64,000 bases of DNA, taken from contig NMRA01000064.1 of assembly GCA_002633005.1 (NCBI GenBank), positions 938,360 through 1,002,359 on the forward strand. Reading direction: 5' to 3'. Made by a program: the position numbers and the translations under genes. Below the pieces are notes generated by a model. That model was not told the DNA's origin and did no database searches. It was given only the letters and a program-made list of their open reading frames with translations. Every line of letters begins with the position of its first letter. Position 1 is the first letter of the stretch. This stretch comes from Phoronis australis (lineage: Eukaryota; Animalia; Phoronida). Positions 10,226 to 23,200 of this stretch are shown one piece after another.

Positions 10226-13200
10226 GTACTAGTCCACGAGAGCACCAGCCATGAGCGGCAAGGTGGGGGTCAGCCGATTTTCACCAAAATTGGCACATAG
10301 GTAGTCCTATGGGATCTATAAACAGCGGTAAAATATTTCCTCAAAATATTGCGTTTTTCTAAAGTTATAGGCTCAAACACATTTTACGGCTTTGCAGCCA
10401 TGTTTTCACGGTATATAAACTGTCCAGTTTTAACTGTTCATAGTTTTGCTGGAATGAAAGCTATTGATTTATTATTCACTTGGCATTGTTTAGTGGTGCC
10501 TGTAGATTGTTACACAGATGTCTTGAAACACGATTCCGATTTACCACCCTCATTTAGTAGTTTTACTACACTGCCCCCCGTTATGCCATTTTGAGGTTGT
10601 GTTCAATACACTGATGTACCAAATCTGCCCCCACTGTTATGAGAATGAAACTTAGCCAAAATGTTGACAAAACATGTTACTTTCATTTCGTAAAATAAAA
10701 ACTTTGTCAGCCAGTTTATTAGTTATATATTTTGGCACCTCAAATGTACTAAAATGAGAAATTTTCATATATCTGAGATCGATGCGAGAGCACCGTAAAA
10801 TCCGATTGTCCTTCATGTTTTTCGATATTTTGCAACAAGTTAGTTCCTCCTGAATGTTTTGAAAGTTTTTCTACTCATCACTTAGGGCTACATGTATAGT
10901 ACCCCTAAATACCATACATGGCTCCATTTTGTTAAAATCCGTAGTATGTCTTCCACAGTGAAGAGGGTTAGACATGAACTCGACAAATGTAGGTTATATT
11001 GATTTACAGTTGTTTTACTTTGCAATTTCCTCATGGGTATTTCTTCACACATATTCAGGTCAGATTTTCTTTTGATCAAATGTTCATGCAATGCATTGTA
11101 ATATCAAATGAATGATAAGTTTGGTTGCATGACCGCAATTTTTCCCACGACTTAAAACAAAAGACCGCAGAAATTTTCCAGACGAAATACCGGGTTTGCA
11201 GTTCTGTAAAAACATTTGAATGACAAGACAAATTCCACCACTGTCCATGGCAACTCGTCGCATGTTTTTCGCCCATCGGTCCTATCATTGTTTTCCTTTG
11301 TTGTGTCATTGTTGGATGTAACAACACAGGTCGCATGGATATAGAACCTTGCGTACATGTACATCAGACCGTTGCCGATAAGTGCTCGTCATTATATATT
11401 TATTATAACAACGGAAACAATGAAGATGCTAATCTATTGTTCTCTATGCGACCAGGTTTCCCATGGATGACCACAGAAGAGGAATCCCAAAGTATCCACT
11501 AACAATGACCACGCACCTTAGTAACTATTACCGCTCACACGAATCCTTTCCGAGGAACCTAGACACCAAATTTTTATATCCGTGTATTGTGTTGTATTGC
11601 TCATGGTACGGGTTCAGACTCTGTTGTATTAAGATTTTAATCCCCAACCCTGTAATATGTAGTTTGAGTAAAATTTCTAGACAATGCCGATTTATGGATT
11701 TATTCTCCTTCAAATGAAGAGTAAAAATCAAATTGTGCAGAGGTTTTTTAAAAGTAATCACTTATTGGAAGATCACGCATCTAAAAAATAAAACAATGTT
11801 TGACAATGTTATTCATTATCTTATTTGAAAATTGCCTTACTCACAGACAACTCATCTAAGTTGAAAATATTCCTTGTGAAAAAATATAAAATACCAACCA
11901 GAGACTTGTGTACTACAAAATATGTTTTCGTAATACAATGCAAAGATGATTGTACAGTCAAAAGTGCAAAATGTTATGACTAATAAAAAAATTACCTTCT
12001 AGATCTTTTCAACACTCTAATTGCTACCGGACAGAGTCAACCACACAAAGCTCATAAAGTCAGGGAATTACATTTAAGGTGATGTAGTCTCACTGCGAAA
12101 AAGTGATTTCGCAACATCGCTGACAACACTGGAAATCTCTTCTTCACAAACTTGAGGTAGCTGTATTTACCACGTCAATGTTCTTATCAAAACTAACCAC
12201 CACAAAATGAAAAATTGGTTTGTCGGTTCCAATTAGGCAGCATTTTACAATGAAATGGTCATGAAAAAATACTTTTGCAACATGGTTTGCATTACAATTG
12301 CCCTACGATTACAGTTGTACATACATACTAGACCAGTAACAAAACTACCCATGGGAGCCATAAATGGTCAATTCGCCAAAAAAAAACAAGGAGCCACCAG
12401 AGCTAATGTGCCAATACTTTTCAGTACTGCAACAAAAAATCATTTGAAGTGGACATAAGCTCGCCTAAAATCACATAAAACAACTCTTGATTTAGACATT
12501 TTACCATCACGAAACAGGTATTACTTCCAGGTCACTTTTGAGCAATTTCAGAACTTTGAAAGATCTGGCAATATGCAATTGCTAGAGACCAGACTAATAA
12601 TGTGTGATTTTATACACACAGCATGGTCTCAAGGAATAGCAAACTGTCAATTCGCTACATTTCCAGAAATCACTTCCCATCTGGATAAGGAACAAACTGA
12701 GCAATGTTTATAGAGGTAAATGGCCTAAATCAAAACTTAATACCTCCTGGACAGAATATGGGTTTACAACCCAGGCAGAAAGATAAGTTAACAAAACCAG
12801 CCTAACTGCAACAGAGTCTCAAATTTCAGTAATATATACCCATTTACAAACAAAATCTATAATGGTAAATAAAATGCAGAAACATGAAATCAGATCAATT
12901 ACGCATCTTCAAGGAAAAGGAATAGTACAGTGGTCAGAAATCATATAAATGTGATGGCGACACTGAGAAATCCTGTCAGACCAAAAAATCCAGTGGCTAA
13001 ACAAAATGAACAATGTATCATGATCCGTGCCTGGACAAAAAATCAGTCTTAGACTAGGTAAATTTTAGATTTGTGCTGTTCACACAAGCAGTTCTGGTGC
13101 AAACAAAGCTTGTGACAACACACAAGCCTACAGTGTACATGTACTTCCCTACACAGCTGTGCTGACACAATAATGCCCGGCACTTTAGGTCAGCCATCAT

Positions 13201-13979
13201 TCAACTAACGCATTGTAAGCTTTAGTTTGGTATTCAGACGAATTGGATGAACAAATTTAGTATAATTTCATATTTTATTGGGAAATGCTAGTGTTCTCAA
13301 ATTTAATTAAAAACATTTAAGCAAACCAATTGTTTTAATTGTTGTATTATACCATGGTATATTAATGCGAAGAAACGGCGCACAACTAGTGACTGGTTTA
13401 ACATGACAAATACACATACGCGGTCTGAAAATAGTGAAATTCAGACACCTATTACCAAGCCTGCCTGAAGGGCTGACAAAGTTTTTATTGTATTAATTTC
13501 AAGGACATGGAGTCTTCTACATGTCCATGTTATTATTTTTAGTTTTCTCGCGGGGGCAGCTTCGCTATAAGGGTACAGCTTACTGCTGGTTTTTCTCAAG
13601 ACGGAAATGTACCTCCACGGAAACAGATCCAGTGTTACCATGGTAACCGATATTGCAGTGTCGGTGCCGTTTTTACTCACATTGGTCATGAACCTATCAT
13701 GTGATATCAAAATTGTTCAGAAACGATTCTGTTTGAAGCAGAAACTGGAGTAGAAAATTTGGTCAAAAATGACTAATTCCACAACAAAAAATTGCCTCAT
13801 TTTGCCCCCCAGAACACCTCCCTTGTATCTCCTAAACCACCAAACTTTGTGATGTCATACTTCACCCATTTTCTCTCTTCTCTAATGTGATTCATCAGAC
13901 TAAACATGGATCTGAATGGTTGACCCCCAACTTGCCGCTTGTTGGCTGTACAGTGGTCGGTGGATCCGTGGACTGATAC
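10226..13979 (-). mobile_element. Degenerate 3.75-kb TTAA-flanked TIR DNA transposon (possibly Kolobok-type)
   Basis: TTAA|gtactagtccacg..agcggcaaggtgggggtcagcc on the left and ggttgacccccaacttgccgct..cgtggactgatac|TTAA on the right. A decayed Cys-rich reading (LKCRALLCQHSC..GLCVVTSFVCTRTAC) lies on minus near 13060-13200. Confidence 0.65.
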
Positions 13980-14245
13980 TTAACAACAAAAAACAACATC
14001 ACCACCAGCAACATAAAAGTTATACGCCGTATGGCAACAACGACGTCGAATTATCACGCGTCACGTTGTTATTGTGGAGCAATGCACGTGACATTATGCA
14101 ACAATCAAACTTATCCAGCGGAAAATTTTTGAAGATTTGTGCAACCCAGCCTTCATATGTAGCAAAATGTGTAAACAAGGACTTCAGGCATTGGTGAGCG
14201 TTTATGTGGATATCCAAATGTTTTTCATAACATGTGCGCGCGTAA

Positions 14246-14262
14246 GTGTGTGTGTATGCGCG

Positions 14263-14346
<84 letters not shown>

Positions 14347-14368
14347 GGTGCACGCGTGTATGTGTGTG
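14246..14368. repeat. (GT)n microsatellite
   Basis: Long, nearly perfect TG run. Confidence 0.97.
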
Positions 14369-14369
14369 A

Positions 14370-15140
14370 TTTAACGAGAAACGATAATGCAAAACAGATG
14401 CTTTGCTGAAGCTCGACTGTTCCAGTACATTGAGTTATGCCTAATAGAAAGGTGTGGTCCTTAATTCAGGGAGAGGAGTGAGAAACTAGTGTGTTCAGTG
14501 CATACCAAGATGTTATTATGCACGAGATTGTAAGGGAAAAGTGAATTATCCCTTATAAGTTTATAATTGTAAAATGACCTTTGCTCACCTCTGCAGTTCC
14601 CACCTGCACACAGGTCATATACTCAACTAGTCAATGTGTTGCCTTTAATACATGTGCATGTGGTGAATCCATATTTTAACTGCAAAATATTGTCACAAAA
14701 ACAGGTCCTGGTGGAAATGATGAAGTGGCGATAGAATCATAAGCGGCGCAACATAACGGGTTGTGGGGGCTATAGCTTCCTACTCTTTTCTCCACTGCAC
14801 CGCCCATGGTCTATACAGTGGGTGGTTCACCATAGTGGATCTGGGGGCTGTCGCCCCCACTTTTTCAGTGCTGCGCCGGTCATGTACTGTAGAAGCAGCG
14901 TGGTACTGTGCTCCTATCACTGACCGGTCTAATGATGTCCGAGTTAGTGAAGAAGAAAAATGACCAGCTGCCGACGTAAGCTTCACGGACAAAATCGAAT
15001 AGGGTGTAACTTACCGAACCATAGTCCTACGAACTGCTCAGGTTTCTGCTCTTCAGGTAAGTACAGCATTTGTTATGATTGTGCTCATTGATTGACAATT
15101 CCGACTTTTGGTGGCGATCCGACAATGAAGAATTCTCTAA
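14370..15140 (+). repeat. Segment duplicated at about 18720-19430; contains a hAT-like MITE (14738-14884) and a decayed exon-like sequence
   Basis: Collinear blocks: taacgagaaac..aatgca; caagatgt.attatg.acgagat.gtaaggg; gtggtgaatc; tagaagcag.gtggt.ctgt; aactta.cgaaccata.tcct. The MITE is present only in this copy. Confidence 0.8.
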
Positions 15141-17334
15141 TGCTTATTGCAAAAAGCACAACGTGCGATAATAAGAGTAAAGCTCAGAAAGCGCCAGAAA
15201 ACATTATATCTGGTTGAATAAAGAATGATAGTAGATCTATATACACAAAACGTACCTCGATTGGCGTACATGAAATAATATCCCACTCCACACTTTTCCG
15301 CGTATCGACCTTGACCAAATACGCTGCGAATTCCTAAGTTTCTTTCATTTTTACCGCAGATATTTTATACTTCACTCAGACTGTTCACGTGTCGGATCAC
15401 ATCCTATATGTATGTAGGCCATACGCGTTAAGCTGCATGTTTTCTCTTGTAAAAGAAACAGTTTTAAATGTGACGATTTATTACTTGAAAAGAAATAACA
15501 AAGATGAAAACAAGGGTAACTTTTCATTGAACGTGTAACATCTCCAGACTGAAAATAGTTAAAGTCCTTTTCTCACGCGTTGTTAACCCTTATTACATGG
15601 TTAGAAGATGTTATAAAGATCCAAGAAGTACCTACCCCATAATTAATACACGATCCGTACTCGAAAACAGTTTAAATGAACGCGCCACTCACGATTAACA
15701 CCCGAAGAAACACCGCCATTTTGAACTTGCCGCGAACCCGGAAGTACAATTCATTCAGGAACCCAGGCCGAGAAAACGCCGTCAGTGCGACTGGAGCGGT
15801 GCCTGTACCAGCCAGCAAACGAGGATAAAAAAAATCGACAGCGCGCCTTAATTTTGATAAAATCAAACTACGGACAATTTCATGGAATTTGCTGAAGAAA
15901 TGTGGTGAATAAATTTTGACAGAAATTATTTTGCCAGACTCGGGACCACAGCCTATCGACCCGGTGCGGATCGAGACCAGACACTGGCGAACGGTAAATG
16001 CATGCGGTTGCAAGCTGTTTTGTCGAAGTAAAATGGTCAAATGATAAATGCTGCATACCCGGTATATTCAAGGGTAGTTTTAGACACTTGCATGAAATTA
16101 CGGGCTGGTTAGTCCTGTGTCACACTCTTCTGCCGCGGCAGACCTTAGTTAGCCTCAGTCACCAGCTACCAGTGAAGACTATAGTCAAAATACAGCTTGT
16201 TAGTAGGCCTATACAGCTTTGCGCCAAGACTACCCTTAGGCCTAACTGGACGCTGGCCACAAACACAAAAGACACGAAAATTGAACAAAGTTTCTTTTTT
16301 GTAGCAACGTTTGTCAAAATGTTTCAACGTTAAATCTTCAAAAATTACAAAGTAGCCGATTGAACATGCCTTGCAGTTCAGCAAATGTCGACATTGGTTT
16401 GTGCCGCCAGAAATGAGACGAAGTCCAACGGGAATTGTGAGCACATTTATCACTTAATGAGTAACAACTGCGAGGCTGAAATTTGGTGAACACTGCTAAA
16501 TCGTGCAGAATAGTAATTTAAGATATGTCTAACGAAATTTCACCGTAATTTGTTGGCGAGAGCAATTTACACAAAGTTTTAAACTCGTAACTCATCCCGC
16601 TGTCCTCCAATATGGCCGACGCGATCCAAACAAAGTGACCCAAATTTCGCCACAAAAATTACAATAGCTTTACAGTGCTTGCCCCGATTTTTACTGAGTA
16701 GAATGTACTACCTTTCCGATGATAGCAAAGTAATTTTTCAAAACGAGGAAAACATAAAACCGAAAAAATTGGTTCGAACCATATTGGTTCCTAGGTTCGA
16801 CCCACCTACGTAAGGAACTAAACACCAATGCTATTTTAACATACTAAGTACGCGTAACATTCCAAAAAAAATCAACGACCACTAACTACAAACTATAAAT
16901 ACACTACATATGCAAACGAATCACGAAATATTACTAATAAAACAAAATAATGAAGACTTTTTGAGCAAGCCATAGCACATTCAGTTACAAGGAAAAAATG
17001 GCGGCGTTCAGGACAAGTTCCTGAACTGATGAGCCGGAAATGTGGGAACGGAAATAACCGATGACAACTGGAAATCATACGCTCAGAGAGAAGGGTCAAA
17101 TACTCATAAAAAATCGCTTTTGGGAAGAAAGGCGAAAAGAATATAAAGAAAGGGTGTCGAAAATAAGATTTTATGTAGTAAGTATTTTCGGATACTGGAA
17201 CCACATGGGCAGTTTGCAAGGACTTTAAATATCAACAATATTTGGTATTGTAGTTACCGAGGAATCGGCCCCTGAGTTGCAGACGATAAAATATTTAGAA
17301 AATGAAAACTGAGACAGAACTCACATAATTAACA

Positions 17335-17700
17335 TTATACCTCAATATTAGCGTCGAATGGCAAATACAACCGTGTAATAACCCATTTAGTTATCTCACT
17401 AGTGAGAAACATTTTGGCGGGAAAGCGAGGCCGGGCCTCAAGAGTTTCAAGTCGCCGTCTTTACCACTACACCACTCAGCGGCTGACGTCATCGAACATG
17501 AAAATAGAATACTTAAATGAGCACGCGCAACAATCGAATGTTCAGCAAACGGCATTGTACCGACATTTATACGCTATGAAAAACAAGACGCATAATTTCC
17601 ATAAAAACGATATTTTTGTTGTAATTCAGTGAAATTTTTCTTTCATGTTCTCTCACGTGTAAATCACCGATCTCCAATTTCAATGCGGGTATCGCAGTCC
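17335..17700 (-). repeat. Dispersed repeat with tRNA-like Pol III head (inverted copy at 27814-28175)
   Basis: Reverse-complement identity with 27814-28175; A-box TGGTGTAGTGG; palindrome TCTCACTAGTGAGA. Confidence 0.75.
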
Positions 17701-18719
17701 GGTTATTAACAACAAAAACAAGATCACCAACAACAACAATCGTGCAAAAAAAAACATTTAGAATCATTCTAAATAGACTGAGACATTAGTCAAGCTGTGG
17801 GCTTTTACATGTACATGTAGATTGTGCAAATTATACTCCGCAGTGTGTTCACGCACAACATATATCGTGTCGAGTGTTTTCACGATGCAAATGCAATAAG
17901 ACCGAATAAAGTTAGAATCGCAAATATACATATTATATTCAAACTTGATAAATGTGCACTAAAACTGTAAGAGCTCAACTGATTTAAATGTTCATCAATT
18001 GACATGTCCGCGCATTTTCTTCTGTATTGATTTGTGTCGTGCTGGGTTTGTGTCAAATAGGACCATCTAGGAACGATATGTAGTTGACATTTTGTTTCTC
18101 ATAGTAAGGACAATTTATCTTTTCAGTTGCACTACCTATGAAGCACAGAACAAACAATGGCAGTGTAACTGCGAGGAAAAACGACACCGGAGGACATGCA
18201 CGTGTAGAATTTCCTCGTACAATGTATCAATGTCAGGAGTTCAAGTTCAGTTATCATGGACCTGATTCTAGATTTGCAGTTAAGTCGCAAAAGTTGGCAT
18301 TTGCGTGTTTTTTTGTTCGAAAGTTTGAAATCCTGCAGTTATCCCGCAACTGGTTCTCCCAAAACAATATTTTATACGCTGACAACTGGAAAAAAGTGCC
18401 ACCCAGGTTCGTAGGGATTCTGATTGAATAGTGTAAGTTGAGAAAAAATAAATTCTACGACTCTGTTTCAGCGAAAACCTACCAATTTATCACGTAGAGG
18501 TACATTAACTATCATAGGACCAGTTTCATGCAGTCTTGGATGTATCACGCAGCCTCTGCACAGACTGAATGTTTTTTGGTGTTGGATAAATGGCCATCTG
18601 GTGTAGCAAAACGCGTACACGTAGACTTCAGGAAGTACTGAGCGTGATTATGGCTATCCAATAATTCTCCATGCTAGACGTGCGAGAGCGTGTGAACGTG
18701 TGTGGGTTTGTGTGTGCTT

Positions 18720-19430
18720 TAACGAGAAACATTAATGCACGACACACACTGGACTGTACCAGTTCTTTTGAAGATGGAAGAGTGGGGCCTCTAATTCAAA
18801 ATCTGGTAACAAATCCCCAAGTTTCGTAATACAGGATTTGAGAATTCTTCCATATTGTTATGTGGCGCCAGGGTCGTGAGACACCAGGAGGTGCTATACG
18901 TGTCAAGATGTGATTATGTACGAGATGGTAAGGGAAGGGGGAATTCTCCTTTGTAACTAGTTAAAATTGACCCTTGCTCAACTCTTCCAAAGCGCTTCTG
19001 CTCAGATGTCATATACTCAACGAGTAAGTCAATTTGTCTCCCGTAATACACATAGACGTGGTGAATCTACACTCTCGAACTGCAAAAGCGTTGTGACGAG
19101 AAACAGGTGTAGGTGAAAACTGATGGAGTGGCGCTAGAAGCAGTGTGGTTCTGTTGTCCTATTATTTACTGGTCTCCTGGTGGACGGAGTTTGTGAAGTG
19201 AATGGTCAAGAAGAAAAACGACCACGGAGTTTTCTGCCATAAAGTTCAGGGACAATCATGGCAAAAGCGACAAGAAATGGTGGAACTTAACGAACCATAC
19301 TCCTGCAAACTGTTCGAGTATCTGCTCCTCGGATATGTACAATATTTGTTGTGGTTGTCCTCACTGAAATGGTGATTAATAATTCCGAATACCTGCATGT
19401 GTGTTTATAGGTGGCCATCCGTCAATGAGG
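18720..19430 (+). repeat. Second copy of the 14370-15140 segment
   Basis: Same collinear blocks as the 14370-15140 feature, without the MITE. Confidence 0.8.
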
Positions 19431-20288
19431 AATGATTGCTCATTTACAGCCTATTGTACAAAAATTTAGATAAGTACTTAAAAATGGTTCGATTGGAGTC
19501 CCTGAACATCAACATATGGGTATAGAGATTTAATATGTTCAGTTATATGCATGAAAACATACGTGGGCATTTTTTCGGATATTTAATTATATTTTTTTGT
19601 TTCCCCTCCTTATTTCCTGCACAAAATAGAATTAAGAAGTTGATGTTTGGGGGAATACGCGGGGGATAGTTTCCGACTAAATTATTTCCTAAATTTCATA
19701 GTATCCGTAATTTGTCGCTGTCTCTTCTTTGAGACTCAGTAGAACGTGCCAACGGCAAAATGCGAGAAAAATGAAAATTTTACACGTTGTTTCATTCAGT
19801 TGTGTCATTTATTTTGTTTACTGATTATTATGAATCTAAAACCAAAGTGAGAGCGTTTATGTGCGTTTTGAAGTATAAAAATGAGATGAGGACGTTATTT
19901 CAAACTTGTAAGGAATGAAAACAACTAAATCGATGAATAGTATACAGCCACTAGTAACTGTCTATTGTCATTCTAAACGAGACAATAGTAAAGCTGTATG
20001 CTCACATGGAGATCCGGCTAAATATGTACTCCGCAAATGTATTGACGCACAACACTGTGCCTCCACATTTCGAGGAAAAATGTAAAATTGCAACAATACT
20101 AAATTAGATTACAATACTAACTATATATAATTTTAGATTGTTCAAAACCAGTTTAGGCAATTTTCCATTGTGCCAAATATCAAAATTTACGGTAAGCCAA
20201 ATAAAATTTAGCTTAATATAACTAAACTTTGCTTTCGACTGTGGTTTGTAGTGGTTAAATACGACAAACCAGTCTAAATGTTATGCAT

Positions 20289-23200
20289 TTACACGGTTGA
20301 CTTAATTTTCATAACTGTCTCTTTAAGCAAGTATACCATTCTGGCGTTTGATTGATAATGCATGCATTTCCAAGTCATGACATGGCACGTTCCGTTGTAT
20401 GGGTAGTAGCCGTTTAAGTTTAATCTGGCGCAGCTATGGAACCACCAACCGCTCGATGTCCGCGCGGCGCAACTACGCTCGTAATACCACTCGCTGTCGT
20501 TGTCTTGATCGGGCGCCGAAAACAAATTCCCATTTTCATTTCTTAAGGTCGCAGATGTTAAGTTTGCAGTGTTTGGTGGTGATACGGATAGTTTGTACTT
20601 TTCTTTTTCATTTTCAATTGCAAAAGAAGCGTGGTCACGTGTCACGATTTGACCACTCCACTCCGTCATAACATACCGTAGTCTGTACTGTGCTTGCTGG
20701 GTAATGTAATGAATGTTGTCATTGCCAAGCCACAGTTCCCCGTCAGGTGTACCAAACCCTTCTTTGTAATTGTTCCAGAGCATATCAAAGTTAAGACTTC
20801 CGTCAAATCTTTGCTGAATGACCGTCCAGCCATCCTGACAAAGTACGCGAAACGAGTTCGTGCTGTTAAAGGGCCGAATGACCAGAAATCCAGTGTAGTT
20901 AATTTCTGGAAAATATAAAAATAAAGGGTAAAACTTCTGATACGTTAGCTGTTCGGACATTGGAGAAATGGAGGAGCATGCGAGACTTTGTCTCTGTGTA
21001 TGATCAGTAGTTAACAACTAAAATGGCTATAAAATATGAGGTAAATTTTCAAAAATCTTACGATAATGAAAAGTTGCCAAATATTAAAGCCCCGAAACGG
21101 TAGCGTTTTCACACAAAAAGCGATAGATTCATACCAAGCCTACATGAGATTATGAATGCCGTGACCCGAATAAGTGTCATTGTTGAATATTCGAATCATT
21201 AATTGCTTCTCAAGAGTCGATGCTCAGTTCCGGTCTGTTAAAAAACACGAACAAGAATGCATGTTTATTGTCGAACGTAAAAACTTTGCTATAAGATTTT
21301 ATAGACGACTAGTAAAATAGTTGTGACTCTCGGGTACAAAGAAAACTCGGAATGGTACCCAAATCGTAATAGCACCAGTTAGCACTGAGTCGGTGAGGCA
21401 TCGGAAAAATTAACGCAAAAATTTGACTCGTTGCAACTTTGGGACGGAACACTGCAAAGATCAAAATGAAATGTTCAAACATATTGAACTGGCCTACTTT
21501 TCTAAATGAAATGTTTCATAAGTTGACAAAAAGTGTAACAGTACGTAGAATCGATTCAAACATGACTAATGATAATGATGACATTGTGTGTACATATTTT
21601 GTTACGATGAAAAGTAAAAGTAAGTAGAAGGTTGAGAAACAGAGAGTGTGATATTGATATATGTGTGCGTGCGTGTGTGTGCTTGCGTGTGTGCTTGCGT
21701 GTGTGCTTGCGTCCGTGTGAAATTAGTGACGCAAGTTGATTGAACAGCGCGCAAAGTTTAACTCAAGCTAAGTCACAAAGTCACTGTTGTGGAAGCAACT
21801 ACAAATAACACACTTGAGAGTTGAGTTTTAAAAGCAAGCCGTGATGATTGCATTGCTTGCAATGGACATCAACGCAATCAGAAAGCGAAGATGTGCACAT
21901 TCATGCTTCCGACTAGAGCTACGGCGCACAGCCAGTAGCAGAGCCCGTTTATCATTGCTGAAGATGTGATTAAAGATCAGTATAAACCCACGTCTATACA
22001 TGAGCGCATTCAAATACGCATTCTTTCACATTCATGATCTTACATAGCAATTTAAAACCACAGTTTTGACGAAGATGATTAGTGAAACATAAACAGCCCC
22101 TAAAGAACTGATAGGTTTTTCTTGGTAGAGAACAGCCTCGATCTGAATGGCTTGTCGTTGCGCGTCATGTTATGCTCCGACAGGGATCACTAGGAACAAT
22201 AAACTGTCAATTCTTTGCAAATCCAGAAATCATTTATCTTTGTAAGAAACAAGTTGAGAGCAATTTTATAGCGGCAAGTGGTCTGAATCAGAAGTTCGCT
22301 TCTTGTCGTGACAGAACGCGTGTTTATATGCGCTTTAAACATACCTGGTTGCGAGCAGTCGAAAAATACCTGAAAAGGGAAAATGAGCAGTTATTTCGGA
22401 CTTATGAAATGACAATACCGTGAATAATACGCTTAAAAGGAAGTCACGTATTTCTTAAGATATGCGGGAATTTTCACCGTTCGTCCTTCTGAGGATCAAA
22501 AAGAGCGCGGCGCCGGAGTCGGGAACAGTTGTGTTGACCGCCTTGCCCGATGCGAGCACGACCCAATTATCCGACCATAAACTGTATTTTACATCTCTGA
22601 CTGTACATAATGGCGAATTTTCAAGGTGCATTAGCCACTAATTATCGTTGAAAACGAAAGCCACGACGGTATTCAGCTAAAAAAAAAACAACCAAGTACG
22701 GTTTTCGATTTTTAAAAATCGATGAACTAATAACCTAAAAAAACAACCATTGTGTGCGATTGAAGATAAACTACCGCGCGTATTGATATACTCGGTGGAT
22801 ATACAAACGCTGATCAGAGTTAACATTATCACATGGGTTCATTTTTCAATATTCTTTCATCCTCGTTTAACCAGATTTTAGACCAGGAAACAGTTGTAGT
22901 TAACATGTGCCCACTTTTCATTTTTTATTACTGACAAAGAGCTAGAATAGTTACATAGTCAGTGCTACTGAAATTGTCCAGAGATTCCAATTCTTCAGTT
23001 TGGTTATCACCATATTTGCATTTTTGTATATATTTTATGATTTGAGTTCTTTAAACTTTAATTACACGTGAAATGTTTAGTGTACTTCTAATGTGGAAAG
23101 TTCAGGGATGGGCTCACAATGAAATTAACTAATTAAGTTTCGCTGGCGATCAAAATCTCCCACTGTTTTGGTACTTCAAGTCAAAGTTATCAACCCGTTC

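Noticed and set aside
14137-14409. ORF with poly-(CV)
   Set aside because: Translation of a (GT)n microsatellite.
20906-21017. Single-exon FBG genes suggested by ORFs 20289..21017 and 6220..6849
   Set aside because: The starts are non-ATG, and the region upstream of INYTG is a polypyrimidine tract plus AG acceptor in both paralogs.
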